A stretch of 64,000 bases of DNA from Ignavibacteriota bacterium (GCA_963776275.1 CAVZMI010000023.1:224001-288000); one strand, 5' to 3'. Numbered from the stretch's first letter, positions 30,985-43,945 are shown. Notes: generated by a model not told the origin, from the letters alone. Program-made: numbers and translations.

Positions 30985-31935
30985 ATGAAAATCGGTATTG
31001 TCGGTTCCGGAGTCGTTGGAGCCACCGCTGCATATGCCATGGTGATGCGCGGTGTAGGTCGTGAAATCGTGCTTGTGGATAAAAACACTCAACGGGCGCG
31101 CTCTGAAGCGGACGACATATCGCACGCAATTCCGTTTGCCTACCCGCTCCATGTTTATCCGGGTGAGTATTCCGATCTATCTGATGCACGGGTTGTGATA
31201 ATTGCCGCGGGCGTCAGTCAGAAACCGGACGAAACGCGTCTGCAATTGCTCGGACGAAATGCAGCGGTATTCCGGGAAGTAATTCCGAATGTTCTTGAAA
31301 ATGCGCGGGATGCGGTACTTGTCGTAGCAACAAATCCTGTCGATGTGATGACCCATCTTGCCGCGGATTTTGCCGCACCACTTGGCGTTCCATCAAGCCG
31401 CATCCTCGGATCGGGTACCACGCTCGATACTGCCCGTTTCCGGACGCTCCTCGGACGTCATCTCGGAGTCGATCCGCTTCATGTCCATGCCTATGTCCTC
31501 GGTGAACATGGAGATTCGGAGGTGCTTACATGGTCTCTTGCGACGGTCGGTGGAATGCCGCTTGAAGATTTTTGCCGAAAGCGAAACGTATTCTGTGATC
31601 ATGAAGTCCGGAAAAGGATCGACGAGCAGGTACGCCGTGCAGCTTATCATATCATCCAAGGAAAAGGATCTACCTATTACGGTGTCGGCAGTGCTCTCGC
31701 ACGGATTGTCGATATTATCCTCCATAACCAGCGCTCTATCCTTACGGTGTGCACGAGGGTGCCGGAAATCGTCGGTGTCGCGGATGTCACACTCTCCCTT
31801 CCGCATCTTATCGGAGGCGACGGTGTCCTGGCAGCATTCCCGCCGCCCCTTAGCGACGAAGAACTTGACCTTCTTCAGAAGAGTGCCAGAGTAATAAAGA
31901 CAGCTGTCGAAAGTCTGTATTCCCAAAAAGTTTGA
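30985..31935 (+). CDS. ldh: L-lactate dehydrogenase
   Basis: [44 protein letters not shown]. Confidence 0.95.
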   Translation: MKIGIVGSGVVGATAAYAMVMRGVGREIVLVDKNTQRARSEADDISHAIPFAYPLHVYPGEYSDLSDARVVIIAAGVSQKPDETRLQLLGRNAAVFREVIPNVLENARDAVLVVATNPVDVMTHLAADFAAPLGVPSSRILGSGTTLDTARFRTLLGRHLGVDPLHVHAYVLGEHGDSEVLTWSLATVGGMPLEDFCRKRNVFCDHEVRKRIDEQVRRAAYHIIQGKGSTYYGVGSALARIVDIILHNQRSILTVCTRVPEIVGVADVTLSLPHLIGGDGVLAAFPPPLSDEELDLLQKSARVIKTAVESLYSQKV

Positions 31936-31993
31936 AATTGGTTGTCCACGATGGAATAACCGCAGCGATTGAGAGGAAATAAGATCTTACTGT

Positions 31994-32780
31994 TTATTTT
32001 TCAATCTTCTCTAATTCCTTTTGTTTATCTCCGCTTAAATCTAGCTGAAAAAAATCGCTTTGCACCGGAAGGTCGAGGTTATATTTGTATGTGTAGTCCA
32101 GCGAGATTATTCCGCCGGTCATCTGGCACCCCAATAAATGCCCGCCCGATTTCTTATCTGCCGATATAAAATGCAGGTGATAACCCGTAGAGCTGATCCC
32201 TTTCATATATTCGGGAAGCCAGTAGCCGATGATCGTCCCTTTCAGATTTTCCAGTTCGAAAATCGATTGGTTTTTGACCACATCCGCGAGACGTGAGTAC
32301 GGTTTCGTCTGTTTGGGAACACTCCGGGTTTTTACATAACTGAAACCGCCGTCAATTCTTATCGCATAGAAAATATTCTTTGTGGGAAGAAGACTATCGA
32401 TGCGAGATAGTAATTCTTTTAAATCCACCGGATATTCGAGCCTGATCTGCATGTCCGGTTCAAAGAAGGTGATCATAGCGAATGGAGTATGTGTACTATT
32501 TACGGGTCGATATACTTTTCCGTCCGCTTTAATCTGATAAAAATATCCGTCGATTAAAACCATCTCCCCATCGAGTGTCCTGAAATGTGCCGATGCCGAA
32601 ATTTCCGAATTTGCCTAGAATTTGCAATGTGGCGTTTCCTTCAAAAACCCCTTCCTGTAATGCGTTGATTGTTGACGTTTGATAAATCGCATCTTTTTCC
32701 CTCTCTTGAGCGATGGATGAAGTAGTAAGAAGAAGGATAAAAACCGTCGAAAATAAGCACACCAGGGTATTTTTTATCAC
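31994..32780 (-). CDS. budA: Alpha-acetolactate decarboxylase, frameshift near 32570
   Basis: YQTSTINAL, GNFGIGTF, TPFA, TRSVPKQ, GYHLHFI, GGHLL. Confidence 0.9.
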
Positions 32781-32933
32781 TATGAGCTCCTCGTAGTTCT
32801 ATAACTTAATAAAAAATCTGTGATTAACAAAGCTGGCGACTATTTAAATAACCGCGGTTTTAAAAAAATCTTTTTGGAAATATATTTTTTTTATGTATGT
32901 TATAAAAGGAACATTCATATAAAAGGGGTCACA

Positions 32934-33386
32934 ATGATCAAGAAAGCCAGAATTAAGGACGGTCCTGAAATTCAAAAACTCATAAATGGACATGCAAAAG
33001 AAGGTAAGATGCTCCAGCGGTCGATTCTTGAGATCTATGAGCGGATACGGGATTACTTTGTATATAGAAAAAATGGACGGGTTGTCGGAGCCGCCGCATT
33101 AGCGATATGCTGGGAAGATCTGGCCGAAATTCGGTCGGTCGCAGTGAAGAATTCGGAATCCGGCAAAGGTATCGGCAAAAAACTCATCGAAGCATGCGAA
33201 GATGAAGCAAGACGGCTGGGAATAAAAAAGGTTTTTGTATTAACATATATACCGGAGTATTTTAGGAGGTTTGGGTACAAGACCGTAAATCGTTCCAAGC
33301 TGCCGCATAAAATCTGGAAAGACTGCATCAACTGTCCGAAATTCCCCGACTGCGGCGAAATACCGATGGTGAAGGAATTAAAATAG
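32934..33386 (+). CDS. Short ArgA-like amino-acid N-acetyltransferase
   Basis: WEDLAEIRSVAV, VFVLTY, LPHKIWKDCINCPKF. Confidence 0.88.
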   Translation: MIKKARIKDGPEIQKLINGHAKEGKMLQRSILEIYERIRDYFVYRKNGRVVGAAALAICWEDLAEIRSVAVKNSESGKGIGKKLIEACEDEARRLGIKKVFVLTYIPEYFRRFGYKTVNRSKLPHKIWKDCINCPKFPDCGEIPMVKELK

Positions 33387-33479
33387 GTGTAGGTGTCTTC
33401 CTCTCCCCACTTTACGTAAAGACCGCCATGCATGCGGTATTCATCGCTCGTCCCACCGGCGATATCATCCGGAAGGTTT

Positions 33480-33996
33480 CTATTTTTTTATAAATGATTT
33501 CGTTCTTCGATGTTTGAACGATTCGATCCGTTTTTCATCGGGAGTCTTCTGGATCACGCTCACAGTGCCGTCCGCCTCAATAACGGCGATCTTCACTTCT
33601 TCGATGCTTGCAATCCCGTGTTCACGGACTGCGCGCTCAAGCTCTTCTCTGGATATTTTTTCCGCATCGAGGTTTTTTTGTATGATTTTTCCGTTATGGA
33701 TAAGTAGAAGTGGATTGGGCTCAAAAAATTTTTCGGCAGGACGATAACGATACAATACCCATGTTAAAAGATAACTCATAATAAGTAATGTAATAGCGGC
33801 GATGATGCCGCCGATAAGAGAGGTGTCCGGAACCGACCATCGCGTTTTGAACTGCGTTGCTGATAAGTAGAATCAACACCAGGTCGATCAGCGAGAGCTG
33901 GGCAACGTGCCTCTTCCCAAGAATCCGGAGTCCGACCAGGATGACAATATAGATAACAGCAGTACGTCCGACGGTCTCAAGAATTGTCTCGATCAT
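33480..33996 (-). CDS. DUF421 (YetF) membrane protein, frameshift near 33830
   Basis: GKRHVAQLS..DLVLILLISNAVQNAM; REHG...EADGTVSV. Confidence 0.85.
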
Positions 33997-34008
33997 TGCA
34001 TCAACTCC

Positions 34009-35388
34009 TTACCCCGGTTCTGCATGAATAGTGATTCGCCGGAGCTGTTTGAATTTTTTATAGAGATGGGCTTCCATTTCTGTTAGTACTTCATGGACAT
34101 CCTCGACGGTTTTCGACTTTCCGACCGTACATACCAGGTTCACACGATATCGGGTTCCCTCCTGAAGCAGCGTCAGGTCTGTGCATGCGAGGAAGTTTTT
34201 ATTTTCCAGGATTGTCCGCCTGATCTCATCGCGCAATTTTTGCTCGATTTTTGTGACATCACTCAGAACGATCTCTGAAGGGGAATATTCCTCCATATGA
34301 ATGGTCACTTTTTCAATCGCGGGGATCTCGGCACGAATTTCCTCTTCAAGTTCCGAAGCGATGGTGTGTGCTTCAACGAATGCTTTTCCTTTTTGATATT
34401 CTATGGTAAAATTAACGAGGTATTTTCCGTTCGTGTAGTGGACTTCAAGGTTCCCGGCGGCTCGTAATCCTTTATTGGCAACGATCATCTGGATCCGGTC
34501 AACGATTGTTTCATCATCGCTCCGCAGCGGATCGGCATGAACTATAACATCGATCGACGTATCAATCGAATGGACTGCTCGTTCGATATGTTCCATAATC
34601 TTGTGCGCCTGTTCGAAAGGAATTGTGCGGCGGATGCCGACGGTGACGTCAATAAATACTCTCGCACCTGAAGGGCGTACACGAAGACTGATCAGCTTCT
34701 CGACTCCATTGACTGCTTTTATAGCAGCTTCGACTTTTTCGGATAGTCCGGCCGGAACACGATCCATTAAGGCGTCAACGGTGCGCCGGCCAAGACGATA
34801 ACTGACGAATAATACGATGAGAGCGACAATAATAGCAGCTATCGCATCGACAGTCGGGTAGCCGAGGGAAACGAATATTAATCCTCCGATCACTGTCAGT
34901 GACGACCAGACGTTGCTCGAGAAGTGCAATGCATCGGCTTCGAGGGCCTGACTATGATGTTTTTTCGCAACGCGGCTTAATGCACGCGAACGGCTGATGT
35001 CGATGATAATAGCAGTACCCATTATAAAGAAGCCCCAGAACGTTGCTTCAACATGAGTTGAACGAATAAATAACCGTTCGACGGCCTCCCAGAGGATCCA
35101 TCCGCAGGTGATGATAAGCAATATCGTCTCGCCCAAGGCCGAGATGTTTTCCATCTTTCCATGACCGTAATTGTGTTCTTCATCCGGAGGTTTATCGGCG
35201 ACGATGACGGCGAAAAAAGTCATCAACGCTGCAATGAGGTCAAGCGCCGAGTGAGCCGCTTCCGAGAGTATTCCAAGACTGTTGGTCTGTATTCCAATCA
35301 GAAGCTTAAATCCGGTCAGAAATATTGCCGCACCTACGGAACTGAGCGCAATTGCCCTTTTTTCTTGACTGGCCGAAAGAGATTTCAT
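34009..35388 (-). CDS. Cation diffusion facilitator transporter with extra dimerisation domains
   Basis: SEAAHSALD, HNYGHGKMEN, EADALHF, repeated ..H.EP domains. Confidence 0.92.
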   Translation of the reverse strand: MKSLSASQEKRAIALSSVGAAIFLTGFKLLIGIQTNSLGILSEAAHSALDLIAALMTFFAVIVADKPPDEEHNYGHGKMENISALGETILLIITCGWILWEAVERLFIRSTHVEATFWGFFIMGTAIIIDISRSRALSRVAKKHHSQALEADALHFSSNVWSSLTVIGGLIFVSLGYPTVDAIAAIIVALIVLFVSYRLGRRTVDALMDRVPAGLSEKVEAAIKAVNGVEKLISLRVRPSGARVFIDVTVGIRRTIPFEQAHKIMEHIERAVHSIDTSIDVIVHADPLRSDDETIVDRIQMIVANKGLRAAGNLEVHYTNGKYLVNFTIEYQKGKAFVEAHTIASELEEEIRAEIPAIEKVTIHMEEYSPSEIVLSDVTKIEQKLRDEIRRTILENKNFLACTDLTLLQEGTRYRVNLVCTVGKSKTVEDVHEVLTEMEAHLYKKFKQLRRITIHAEPG

Positions 35389-35510
35389 AGAATATCTGTG
35401 TGAATACGAAAAACGATTACCGTAATGTAATGAGGATTAGATTAGTATTCAATTCCGTGCAACCGCGTAAGAATTTTTGTACATTAAAAAAACCTATAGT
35501 AGATAACCAT

Positions 35511-38009
35511 ATGAAGGAAATCAAACGAACATATCCCATTGACAGTGTCTTACCGGGGTTATTGAAGGTGTTTCAACGAACGAACAATGTCGTTCTTTCT
35601 GCGCCGCCGGGTGCCGGGAAAACCACCCGGGTTCCCGTTGCACTTCTTGCCTCTGAATGGATGGAAGAAAAAAAGCTTGTGATGCTTGAACCGCGTCGTC
35701 TCGCTGCGCGCCGTGCGGCAGAATTTATGGCGGCTCAGCTTGGCGAATCGGTCGGCCAGACCGTGGGGTATCGAATTCGTGGTGAGACGGTCATCAGCAC
35801 GAACACGCGTATCGAAGTGGTGACGGAAGGAATCCTCACCAGAATGCTTCAACATGACTCTGCACTGCCGAACGTTGCGCTGGTAATCTTCGACGAATTT
35901 CACGAGCGCAGCATTCACGCTGATCTCGGACTTGCACTTACAATAGATGTGCAGGAACACTTGCGTAATGATTTGCATATTCTTGTTATGTCTGCCACAC
36001 TCGATGGTATAACGGTTGCACGTCTGCTCGGTAGTACACAAATAATTGAAAGCAAAGGAGAGAGTTTTCCGGTTGTTACGCAGTACGCGCGTTTCACTTC
36101 GGACAAACCGATTGAAGTCCGTGTCGCTGAGACTGTTGTACGGGCACTTGATAAACAGGAAGGCGATGTGCTGGTATTTCTTCCAGGACGTCGCGAGATT
36201 CGCCGGATGGAAAATCTTCTTTGGGAAAAACGGTTGGCGGAAGAAGTGCTTGTTCATTCTCTCTATGGAGATGCATCGTATCAACAACAAGCAGCGGCAT
36301 TGTCTCCGGCTTGCTCCGGGAAACGCAAGGTAATTCTCTCTACCAGCATTGCGGAAACCAGTCTGACAATTGACGGTGTACGCACGGTCATCGATTCCGG
36401 ATTAGCACGCACTGCCCGTTTTGATGTACGGCGAGGGATGTCGGGCCTGGTGACGATACCCGTTTCAAAAGCTGTTGCCGATCAACGACGCGGACGTGCC
36501 GGACGCCAGCAACCGGGTGTGTGCTATCGTCTTTGGACTGAAGCGGAACACGAAATGCTTCCCGATTATCCTCAGCCGGAAATTAAAACTGCCGATCTTG
36601 CGCCGTTTGCACTGGATCTCGCGCAATGGGGAGCGCCAACCGGTGAAGGATTACGGTTCCTCGATCCGCCGCCTGCTGCGCATCTTTCACAGGCACAGAT
36701 GCTTCTTGCGGATATCGGTGGAGTGGATTCTCTGGGCAAAATCACTACCCATGGACGTGCCATGGCAGAGTTACCTCTCCATCCGCGACTATCGCATATG
36801 GTTTTACGTGGTAGAGAATTGGATCTCGGTAAAATTGCCTGTGACATCGCTGCACTCCTCGAAGAGCGCGACCTCTTTGCGGGAAAAGAAGATACCGACG
36901 TTGACCTTGCATCCCGTTTGCATATGCTGTATGAGACACAAACTGTGGACGAAGGAATTCGTGAACGCATACTATCTCAGTCAAAGAGATTAAGGCGGCT
37001 TGCCGGTATTCATAGTGAATCGAAGGGGAGAGAAGAACACGCACAGGGAATTCTTCTTGCTCTTGTCTACCCTGAGAGGATTGCCCGGCGGCGTGAAAAT
37101 AAAGGCCTCTGTTTTCAAATGGCAAACGGAATGACAGCCGTACTGCCTCGTGGAAGTCTTCTCGCGCGGGAAGAGTTTCTTGCTGTTGGTGAAGTTGACG
37201 GGCTTGGCGCTGAAGTTCGGATTTATCTCGCCGCACCGGTTGCCAAAGAAGACCTGCGGCAGGTTTTTAAAGATACTATAATCGAGGAAGATGATATCCA
37301 CTGGAGTCCTGATGACGAAGCGGTGATCGCGCGGCATGTTCTACGTCATGGCGCGGTTGTTATATCAGCACAGCACATCAGGCCGCAAGGAGAGAAAGTG
37401 ATCTCGGAAATGGTCGACGGAGTAAGAGAGATGGGCTTAGATTGTCTTCCATGGAGTAAGGATTCGCGCTCAATTCAAGAAAGAAGCGAGTGGCTTCGGA
37501 ATTATATTGCGCGCAACGATTGGCCTGATCTCAGCAATGCCACCCTTTTAGAAACGATCGGAGCATGGCTCGCACCGTTTCTCAATAACGTTTGGCGTCG
37601 CGATCAACTTCATAAGATATCTATGGTTGAAATTCTTCGCTCCCGGTTCACGCATAAACAATGGCAGGAACTCGAACGATCCGCACCCTCACATCTCAAA
37701 CTGCCGAGCGGTTCCCGCGTTGCAATCGATTATGCCTCCGGTGAACAGCCCGTTCTCGCCGTGAAGCTGCAGGAATTATTCGGACAGACAGAGACGCCGC
37801 GCATTGTCAATGGTCAGGTTGGAATTGTTTTACATTTGCTCTCCCCGGCATCCCGTCCGCTTGCCGTTACACAAGATCTCCGACGTTTCTGGCAGACGGT
37901 GTATCCGGAGATTCGCGTACAAATGCGCTCCCGCTATCCCAAGCACTTCTGGCCTGACGATCCAATGACTGCAAGACCGACGAACAAACCGGTGAAGCGG
38001 AAAAAATAA
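35511..38009 (+). CDS. hrpB: ATP-dependent helicase HrpB
   Basis: GAGKTT, DEFHER, MSAT, QRRGRAGR, LLSPASRPLAVTQDL. Confidence 0.96.
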   Translation: MKEIKRTYPIDSVLPGLLKVFQRTNNVVLSAPPGAGKTTRVPVALLASEWMEEKKLVMLEPRRLAARRAAEFMAAQLGESVGQTVGYRIRGETVISTNTRIEVVTEGILTRMLQHDSALPNVALVIFDEFHERSIHADLGLALTIDVQEHLRNDLHILVMSATLDGITVARLLGSTQIIESKGESFPVVTQYARFTSDKPIEVRVAETVVRALDKQEGDVLVFLPGRREIRRMENLLWEKRLAEEVLVHSLYGDASYQQQAAALSPACSGKRKVILSTSIAETSLTIDGVRTVIDSGLARTARFDVRRGMSGLVTIPVSKAVADQRRGRAGRQQPGVCYRLWTEAEHEMLPDYPQPEIKTADLAPFALDLAQWGAPTGEGLRFLDPPPAAHLSQAQMLLADIGGVDSLGKITTHGRAMAELPLHPRLSHMVLRGRELDLGKIACDIAALLEERDLFAGKEDTDVDLASRLHMLYETQTVDEGIRERILSQSKRLRRLAGIHSESKGREEHAQGILLALVYPERIARRRENKGLCFQMANGMTAVLPRGSLLAREEFLAVGEVDGLGAEVRIYLAAPVAKEDLRQVFKDTIIEEDDIHWSPDDEAVIARHVLRHGAVVISAQHIRPQGEKVISEMVDGVREMGLDCLPWSKDSRSIQERSEWLRNYIARNDWPDLSNATLLETIGAWLAPFLNNVWRRDQLHKISMVEILRSRFTHKQWQELERSAPSHLKLPSGSRVAIDYASGEQPVLAVKLQELFGQTETPRIVNGQVGIVLHLLSPASRPLAVTQDLRRFWQTVYPEIRVQMRSRYPKHFWPDDPMTARPTNKPVKRKK

Positions 38010-38043
38010 TAATCGATCCATCCGAAGATATGTTCGTTGCACA

Positions 38044-38708
38044 TTATCGTTGACGGGAAGCGATCGAACCGATAGGTTTTCGAATACCGTATGGTTCTCT
38101 TAGCGCTATAAGCTTTTGCACCTGTTCATCATTCAAGGTGGTTACTTTTCCAAGGTTCCGTGCTATAAATATGATATGGGCATAATGCTCAAGTATCTCC
38201 ATTTTGTAATATGCACTGAAAACGTCGGAACCAACAGTTAAAGCTCCATGGTTAGCAAGGAGGAAGGCATCGTATTCCTGTAAGAGGGGGAGAAGTGGTT
38301 TATAGAACTCTTCCGTTCCCGTCGTGCCGTACGGAACCAAAGGAATTGTCCCGAGTGTGATAATGACTTCCGGAAGAACGTACTGATCGAGCGGAATGCC
38401 GGCTACTGCAAAACCCGTTGCGTACGGTGGATGGGCATGACAGATACTGTTAACGTCTGGTCTTTCTTTATAAACGTGAAGATGCATAAAGATTTCCGAT
38501 GATGGTTTCTTCTTGCCATTGACAACCTTGCCGTTCATATCGACGGTAATCAGGTCGCTTGGCTTCATAAAACCCTTGCTAACGCCTGTCGGCGTAATAA
38601 GAATGTGTTTCCGGTCAGCCGTGCACTGATATTTCCATCGTTCGATGCAACATATCCGCGCATGTACGTTCTCCTGCCCACCTCAAGAATATCTTTTTTT
38701 AAAGACAT
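38044..38708 (-). CDS. Class II aldolase/adducin family protein, frameshift near 38615
   Basis: SNDGNISAR, TPTGVSKG, PSSE..MH, HAHPP, LANHG. Confidence 0.88.
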
Positions 38709-38870
38709 CGGATTTTGTTTCATTGATTATTTTCTTTCTCTCCATTTTCAAAAAAGTTTGCTTGGAGTATTGTAACGGCCTGCGTAATATCCGATTCGTT
38801 AATGACTGTGTACTATTTTCTTTATGATACGCACCCGGAATTCAAAATGCAATTCCCTTACCATTCCGCT

Positions 38871-38912
38871 CAACCTTAACTTTAACCTTTACCTTTACCT
38901 TAACCTTTACCT
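38871..38912. repeat. Hexamer tandem repeat (AACCTT/TACCTT)
   Basis: aacctt aacttt aacctt tacctt tacctt aacctt tacctc. Confidence 0.7.
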
Positions 38913-38918
38913 CTCTCC

Positions 38919-40343
<1,425 letters not shown>

Positions 40344-40347
40344 TTAT

Positions 40348-40386
40348 AAAAAAACCTCTTCCGGAAGAAACGGGAAGAGGTTTTTT
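40348..40386 (-). terminator. Riboswitch-associated intrinsic terminator
   Basis: AAAAAACCTCTTCC...GGAAGAGGTTTTTT hairpin just downstream of the aptamer. Confidence 0.8.
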
Positions 40387-40400
40387 AGGATATTCCTCTT

Positions 40401-40614
40401 CTCTCATCTTCCCTCGGCTTTGATAGTTTAAATCAAAGTCTTAGCAGGAGTTAGCACCTGGACGTCTCGGGCTTTTATCGGATGAGTGCCCCTCGATCCC
40501 TCCGTCCCGACTTTCAATCAGAACGGGGTCGGATTCGGGACAATCCCTCGTGGAGCTCGGGATCGGTTGCTAAGGTGTCATCGGGCCTGTTCCCTCGACC
40601 TTTCTTGATAAGAG
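40401..40614 (-). ncRNA. SAM-I riboswitch with long P3 insertion
   Basis: Minus strand CTCTTATCAAGAAAGGTCGAGGGAACAGGCCCGATGACACCTTAGCAACC...GGTGCTAACTCC...GGGAAGATGAGAG upstream of metY. Confidence 0.92.
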
Positions 40615-40653
40615 AATTGCTGTCTTACGTTACTGTGCTTCTATCACAAAAAT

Positions 40654-40688
40654 AAAAAAGCCCTTCGAGTATTCTCATGAAGGGCCTT
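40654..40688 (-). terminator. Attenuator terminator downstream of leader peptide
   Basis: AAGGCCCTTC-ATGAGAATACTC-GAAGGGCTTTTTT. Confidence 0.75.
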
Positions 40689-40712
40689 GTAATATATAAA
40701 ATTCCTAAACGG

Positions 40713-40784
40713 TCAAAACCCTCCGTATGAACAACCCATGTCCATGGTCATATCCATTGCGATATTTTGCCGGAGTATTTTCAT
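40713..40784 (-). CDS. Met-rich leader peptide MKILRQNIAMDMTMDMGCSYGGF
   Basis: 23-codon ORF with MDMTMDM cluster, upstream of terminator and metY. Confidence 0.7.
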   Translation of the reverse strand: MKILRQNIAMDMTMDMGCSYGGF

Positions 40785-40791
40785 TATATTA

Positions 40792-40820
40792 AATATACAA
40801 TATCGACATACATTTGTCAA
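40792..40820 (-). promoter_or_regulatory. Sigma70-type promoter
   Basis: TTGACA-17 nt-TATATT (extended TG), 7 nt before the leader ATG. Confidence 0.7.
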
Positions 40821-40828
40821 GAAAAATT

Positions 40829-43351
40829 TTAAAATTCTATTGTAACTCCACCAACGGGGAAGAATGAATACTGATACACATTTTCCGTTGTGCCGTCGCT
40901 TCGATAGCCGATCGCCAGTACATTCCCCCGGTTATAGAGATTCTGAATAAGTATGAATACTTCGATATTCCATCCGCTCAAATGATATCGACTGATCCAC
41001 TGGAAGTCGAGCCGGTGATAATCGGGATATCGTGCCGAATTGATTTGATCGCCGTCGATCCAGGCTCCCCTGAACCATAACGCGCCTCCGATGCGATACT
41101 GCCTGTCCGTCACGAATACTTTCGGTGTGTACGGACGCCCGGTTTGGTAATGGAATCTGAAGCTGATTTCCATATCGTCGGAAAGAGGGAGAATCATTGT
41201 TGGATATTTAATGAAGAACGGCATATCGTCCAGTGCCGTACGGGTTCCCTTGATGATCTTCCCCATGATGAGCGTGAAGAGATGCGGGTAGTCGTATGTG
41301 AACGGATACCAATCGACCTGCTGTGGGATTCGCGGATCTTGTTCCATTGTTTTCGAATAAGTATAACTGAGCGTGCCGTAATAATCATTGACCTGCTTCT
41401 GCTGGATAAATAGTTCGATCCCGTATGATTTCCGTTTCCCTATGTTGAGGATTTTATCCGACCGAAACGTGTTATCGGCGTCGTAATAAATAAATGACTC
41501 TTCAACAGGGAGTCTATCATAATTTTTGTAATACCCTTCGAGACTCAGTCTTAAGCCTTCATCGAGAATATGCTCGAATCCAATTATATAATGTCGTGAA
41601 TGACTGTTGTCAAGGTTTCGATTATATCCCAGGTTGCGATTGTCTGAATAGAGTGGAAGTGATTGTGTCTGATAGTAATCGCCGTATGCCAGGTTGATTC
41701 GCGTCGTCATCGGTATTAACTCGTACGATAGACTGACCCGTGGACTGAAATTTCCCTTTTCAGAGTAACTAAAATAGTCGTATCGACCGCCAAGAGTCAG
41801 CGTGAATGATGAGTAAATATGAATTTTATCGCTCACATATGCGTACCATTTAGAGTGATCGCCGAATCCATAATTGGTTTCCACGGACCCGGCAGGGAAA
41901 GTTATCGGTCCGGATTCGAATTTACCGTCATGGTTAAGATCGTATCTCATGGTATCAGGAATCCAGTTCACAAGATCATTGAACTTAAATGTGGTCAGAT
42001 ATTGCGCCCCAGCTGAAATTTCATGGGCGGGATGTGGTTGATAGAAAATTTCATACTTCACACCTGTTGCCACTTCAATGGCGTTCATTCTGAACGTTTC
42101 GCGTGAATTTAATATCCGATACTGTGCCACTTCGCCGGATGGGTCAAAGGTTCGGATTACATAATCGTCATTTGTGTTCACGAGATACTGATTCCCAATG
42201 CCGGAAACTGTCAGGACGGAATATCCCTTTGTTCCCCAGAGCCTCTTAAGCGAGAGGCCGAGTGCATACTGCTTGCTGGCAAAATCGAATGATTCGATGG
42301 CTGATGAGTCGGTTTTTCCCGCTTTGGTTACGTCTGATTCTGTCGGTTTCCCTTTCTCTCCGATTTTATCGTCGCCATAAATACCGCTGAAGATAAGCTG
42401 CTGCGAACTGGAGAGATCGTAAACGGCTTTTGCCTGAGCGTCCCAGTACCGCGGGATAGCCGTCAACCCGATCGATGAGATTCCAACAACGTCGTCAAGC
42501 GCTTCGAGAAAACTCTTTCGCGCCGACAGGATCCAGGAGCCTTTACCACCATTGATCCCGCCTTCCATCACGGTACCGAAACCGGCCATATTGAATCCCG
42601 TATTCGAGGCGAACGATCTGTTCCGGTCGCCTTCACGCATTGTGACATTCATGACCGACGACATTTTATCGCCGTAGTTTGCCGGAAATCCGCCGCTTGA
42701 AAACTGGATGTCCTGTATAAGATCGACGTTGACCATGTTGATCGGTCCGCCGGAATTGAACTGGTTCGGATAGTGGTTGGTGGAAGGAATCTCGATGTAA
42801 TCCATGATCGTGAGATTCTCGTTCGGCGATCCGCCGCGGACAATCAGCTCGTTCTGCTGGTCGTTCGAGTTTGCTATACCGGGCAGGTTAGCCACGATGC
42901 GCTGCATATCCTGAATTGATCCGGGAGATCGTTTTACTTCAGCGCCGTCGAGGCCGATCGTGCTTATGGGACTGATCGCACCGGCTCTTCCGAAATAGTC
43001 AGCCTGGACGTTCACACCGGCAAGTGTGAGTGCGTCCTCTTCGAGTTTTATGCTTACTTTGGCACTTCGACCTGTCGAAACGACCACATTCGTAATAACA
43101 GCTGGTTTATAGCCGATCAGTGATATTTTAAGGCTGTATTCTCCGACTTCAATGTTCTTGATGTTGAAATGGCCGCTTGTGTCCGTTGCAGCTCCGAAAG
43201 ATGGTTTTTCAATGACAATAACGTTTACGCCTGAAAGCGGTTCTAGCGTATTACCATCGTGTACCTGACCCGAGATTTCACCCCTTCTTTCCTGAGCGAA
43301 TATTGATGAAAAAAGACATAGTAAGAGAATAAAAAGTTGTAAGTATCGCAT
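40829..43351 (-). CDS. TonB-dependent receptor with carboxypeptidase-regulatory-like N-domain
   Basis: Signal peptide, IVRGGSPNEN, GGFPANYGDKMSS plug, terminal F. Confidence 0.92.
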   Translation of the reverse strand: MRYLQLFILLLCLFSSIFAQERRGEISGQVHDGNTLEPLSGVNVIVIEKPSFGAATDTSGHFNIKNIEVGEYSLKISLIGYKPAVITNVVVSTGRSAKVSIKLEEDALTLAGVNVQADYFGRAGAISPISTIGLDGAEVKRSPGSIQDMQRIVANLPGIANSNDQQNELIVRGGSPNENLTIMDYIEIPSTNHYPNQFNSGGPINMVNVDLIQDIQFSSGGFPANYGDKMSSVMNVTMREGDRNRSFASNTGFNMAGFGTVMEGGINGGKGSWILSARKSFLEALDDVVGISSIGLTAIPRYWDAQAKAVYDLSSSQQLIFSGIYGDDKIGEKGKPTESDVTKAGKTDSSAIESFDFASKQYALGLSLKRLWGTKGYSVLTVSGIGNQYLVNTNDDYVIRTFDPSGEVAQYRILNSRETFRMNAIEVATGVKYEIFYQPHPAHEISAGAQYLTTFKFNDLVNWIPDTMRYDLNHDGKFESGPITFPAGSVETNYGFGDHSKWYAYVSDKIHIYSSFTLTLGGRYDYFSYSEKGNFSPRVSLSYELIPMTTRINLAYGDYYQTQSLPLYSDNRNLGYNRNLDNSHSRHYIIGFEHILDEGLRLSLEGYYKNYDRLPVEESFIYYDADNTFRSDKILNIGKRKSYGIELFIQQKQVNDYYGTLSYTYSKTMEQDPRIPQQVDWYPFTYDYPHLFTLIMGKIIKGTRTALDDMPFFIKYPTMILPLSDDMEISFRFHYQTGRPYTPKVFVTDRQYRIGGALWFRGAWIDGDQINSARYPDYHRLDFQWISRYHLSGWNIEVFILIQNLYNRGNVLAIGYRSDGTTENVYQYSFFPVGGVTIEF

Positions 43352-43945
43352 AGTCTTTGAGAATGTGAATGAGAAGAACTACGGTTAATTGATGGAAATC
43401 ATTAAACTTAATATACGAATAACTTTCGGGAGAAAAAACAATTCACGAATACAATACGTAGAATTAAAATTTAAGTTACATTGAAAATGGATGAAAATAA
43501 AAGACTAGATTGCTTCCCCTCGATGCAGCTAAGTTCCTTTTAATTCTGTCTCGTAAAGAAGGATGATGGGTAGGTTTCCAGGAAAAGAAAAAGAGTTATA
43601 ACCAGACAGGGAAAAGTCTCCGGGGTGATGGTCTCTATTTTTTAAAATGCATTATACATAGCCATTCTCCGTGGCGAAGCTAAGAAGATTTTGACGTAAT
43701 AAATGAGTTTCAACTGGTTGAGCCTTTTTTGGGGGATGTATATCTTGATCTAAGGACTCCGATTTTATGATCACGCTTTGAAATACTGCCAGAAAAACGA
43801 GCTCTCCATAACTCGAGTTTATCATCGATAGTTTATGCGCCCTAATAAGACTCATTAATTTTTTCATTATATCACGCGATTTGTCTGACAAGTAACAAAT
43901 ACCCCTTGCCTTCTGAATCGTTCCTTTGTATATTTTAGAATAATT

